NCBI RefSeq assembly: GCF_000400465.1 | Contig: NW_008806281.1 | Span: 144,001-206,000, forward strand | Source: Wallemia ichthyophaga EXF-994 | Lineage: Eukaryota; Fungi; Basidiomycota | Length of the DNA: 62,000 nt | Direction of reading: 5' to 3' | Part shown: positions 61,814 to 62,000 of the stretch, in pieces | Layout: each line of letters opens with the position of its first letter | Numbering within the stretch: the first letter of the stretch is position 1 | The notes under the pieces: model-generated | Databases searched by the model: none | Seen by the model: only the letters and a program-made list of their open reading frames with translations | Told to the model about the DNA's origin: nothing | Program-made: the position numbers and the translations under genes

Positions 61814-62000
61814 ATGGTTGGAAAACTTTCCCTACTCTCTCTTGCAGCAGTGGCTGGTGTAGCATCGGCGCAATCGATCGACTATCCCGGAGTGGTCTCG
61901 TCGAATGAAAACGGACCTACAAACCCAGACGAACCGGAACTGGGCACTGACACGCCGGACGACTCGACAGCGCGACTGCTCACAGTGAACAACATTGATG
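61814..62000 (+). CDS. Secreted protein, 5' part (runs off window); resembles basidiomycete 'macrophage-activating glycoprotein'-like proteins
   Basis: MVGKLSLLSLAAVAGVASA signal peptide, then GPTNPDEPELGT..ARLLTVNNID. Confidence 0.65.
   Translation, partial: MVGKLSLLSLAAVAGVASAQSIDYPGVVSSNENGPTNPDEPELGTDTPDDSTARLLTVNNID

Overview
Gene-dense eukaryotic DNA from a basidiomycete fungus with very short (~45-60 nt) GT-AG introns and tiny intergenic spacers. The style resembles Wallemia, but that is an inference, not a database match. About 40 protein-coding genes can be reconstructed once introns are joined, including ERV41, a Sut1-like transporter, an ARA2-like reductase, MRPL25, THR1, MAK3, MED4, URK1, SNAP50, SGT1, trimethyllysine dioxygenase, a velvet protein, SCM3, BUD20, MET5, APP1, DMC1, RVB1, an ArsB-like transporter, UFD4, a Yvc1-like TRP channel, POT1, CAT2, RPL3 and SEC15. 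There are three tRNA genes. The most notable signal is three 5'-truncated copies of a LINE-like non-LTR retrotransposon family, two with clear 12-13 bp target-site duplications and one nested inside another. All three lie within ~200 bp upstream of tRNA genes and in the same orientation, which suggests an undescribed fungal tRNA-gene-targeted LINE. Other highlights: a tRNA-Pro(AGG) with non-canonical core bases; a 342-bp tandem duplication that creates an in-frame chimeric gene; overlapping MED4/URK1 start codons; DMC1 with two weak 5' splice donors, sharing a 70-bp promoter with RVB1; and a mosaic CAT2 pseudogene. All coordinates and counts were read by hand and may be off by a few bases.
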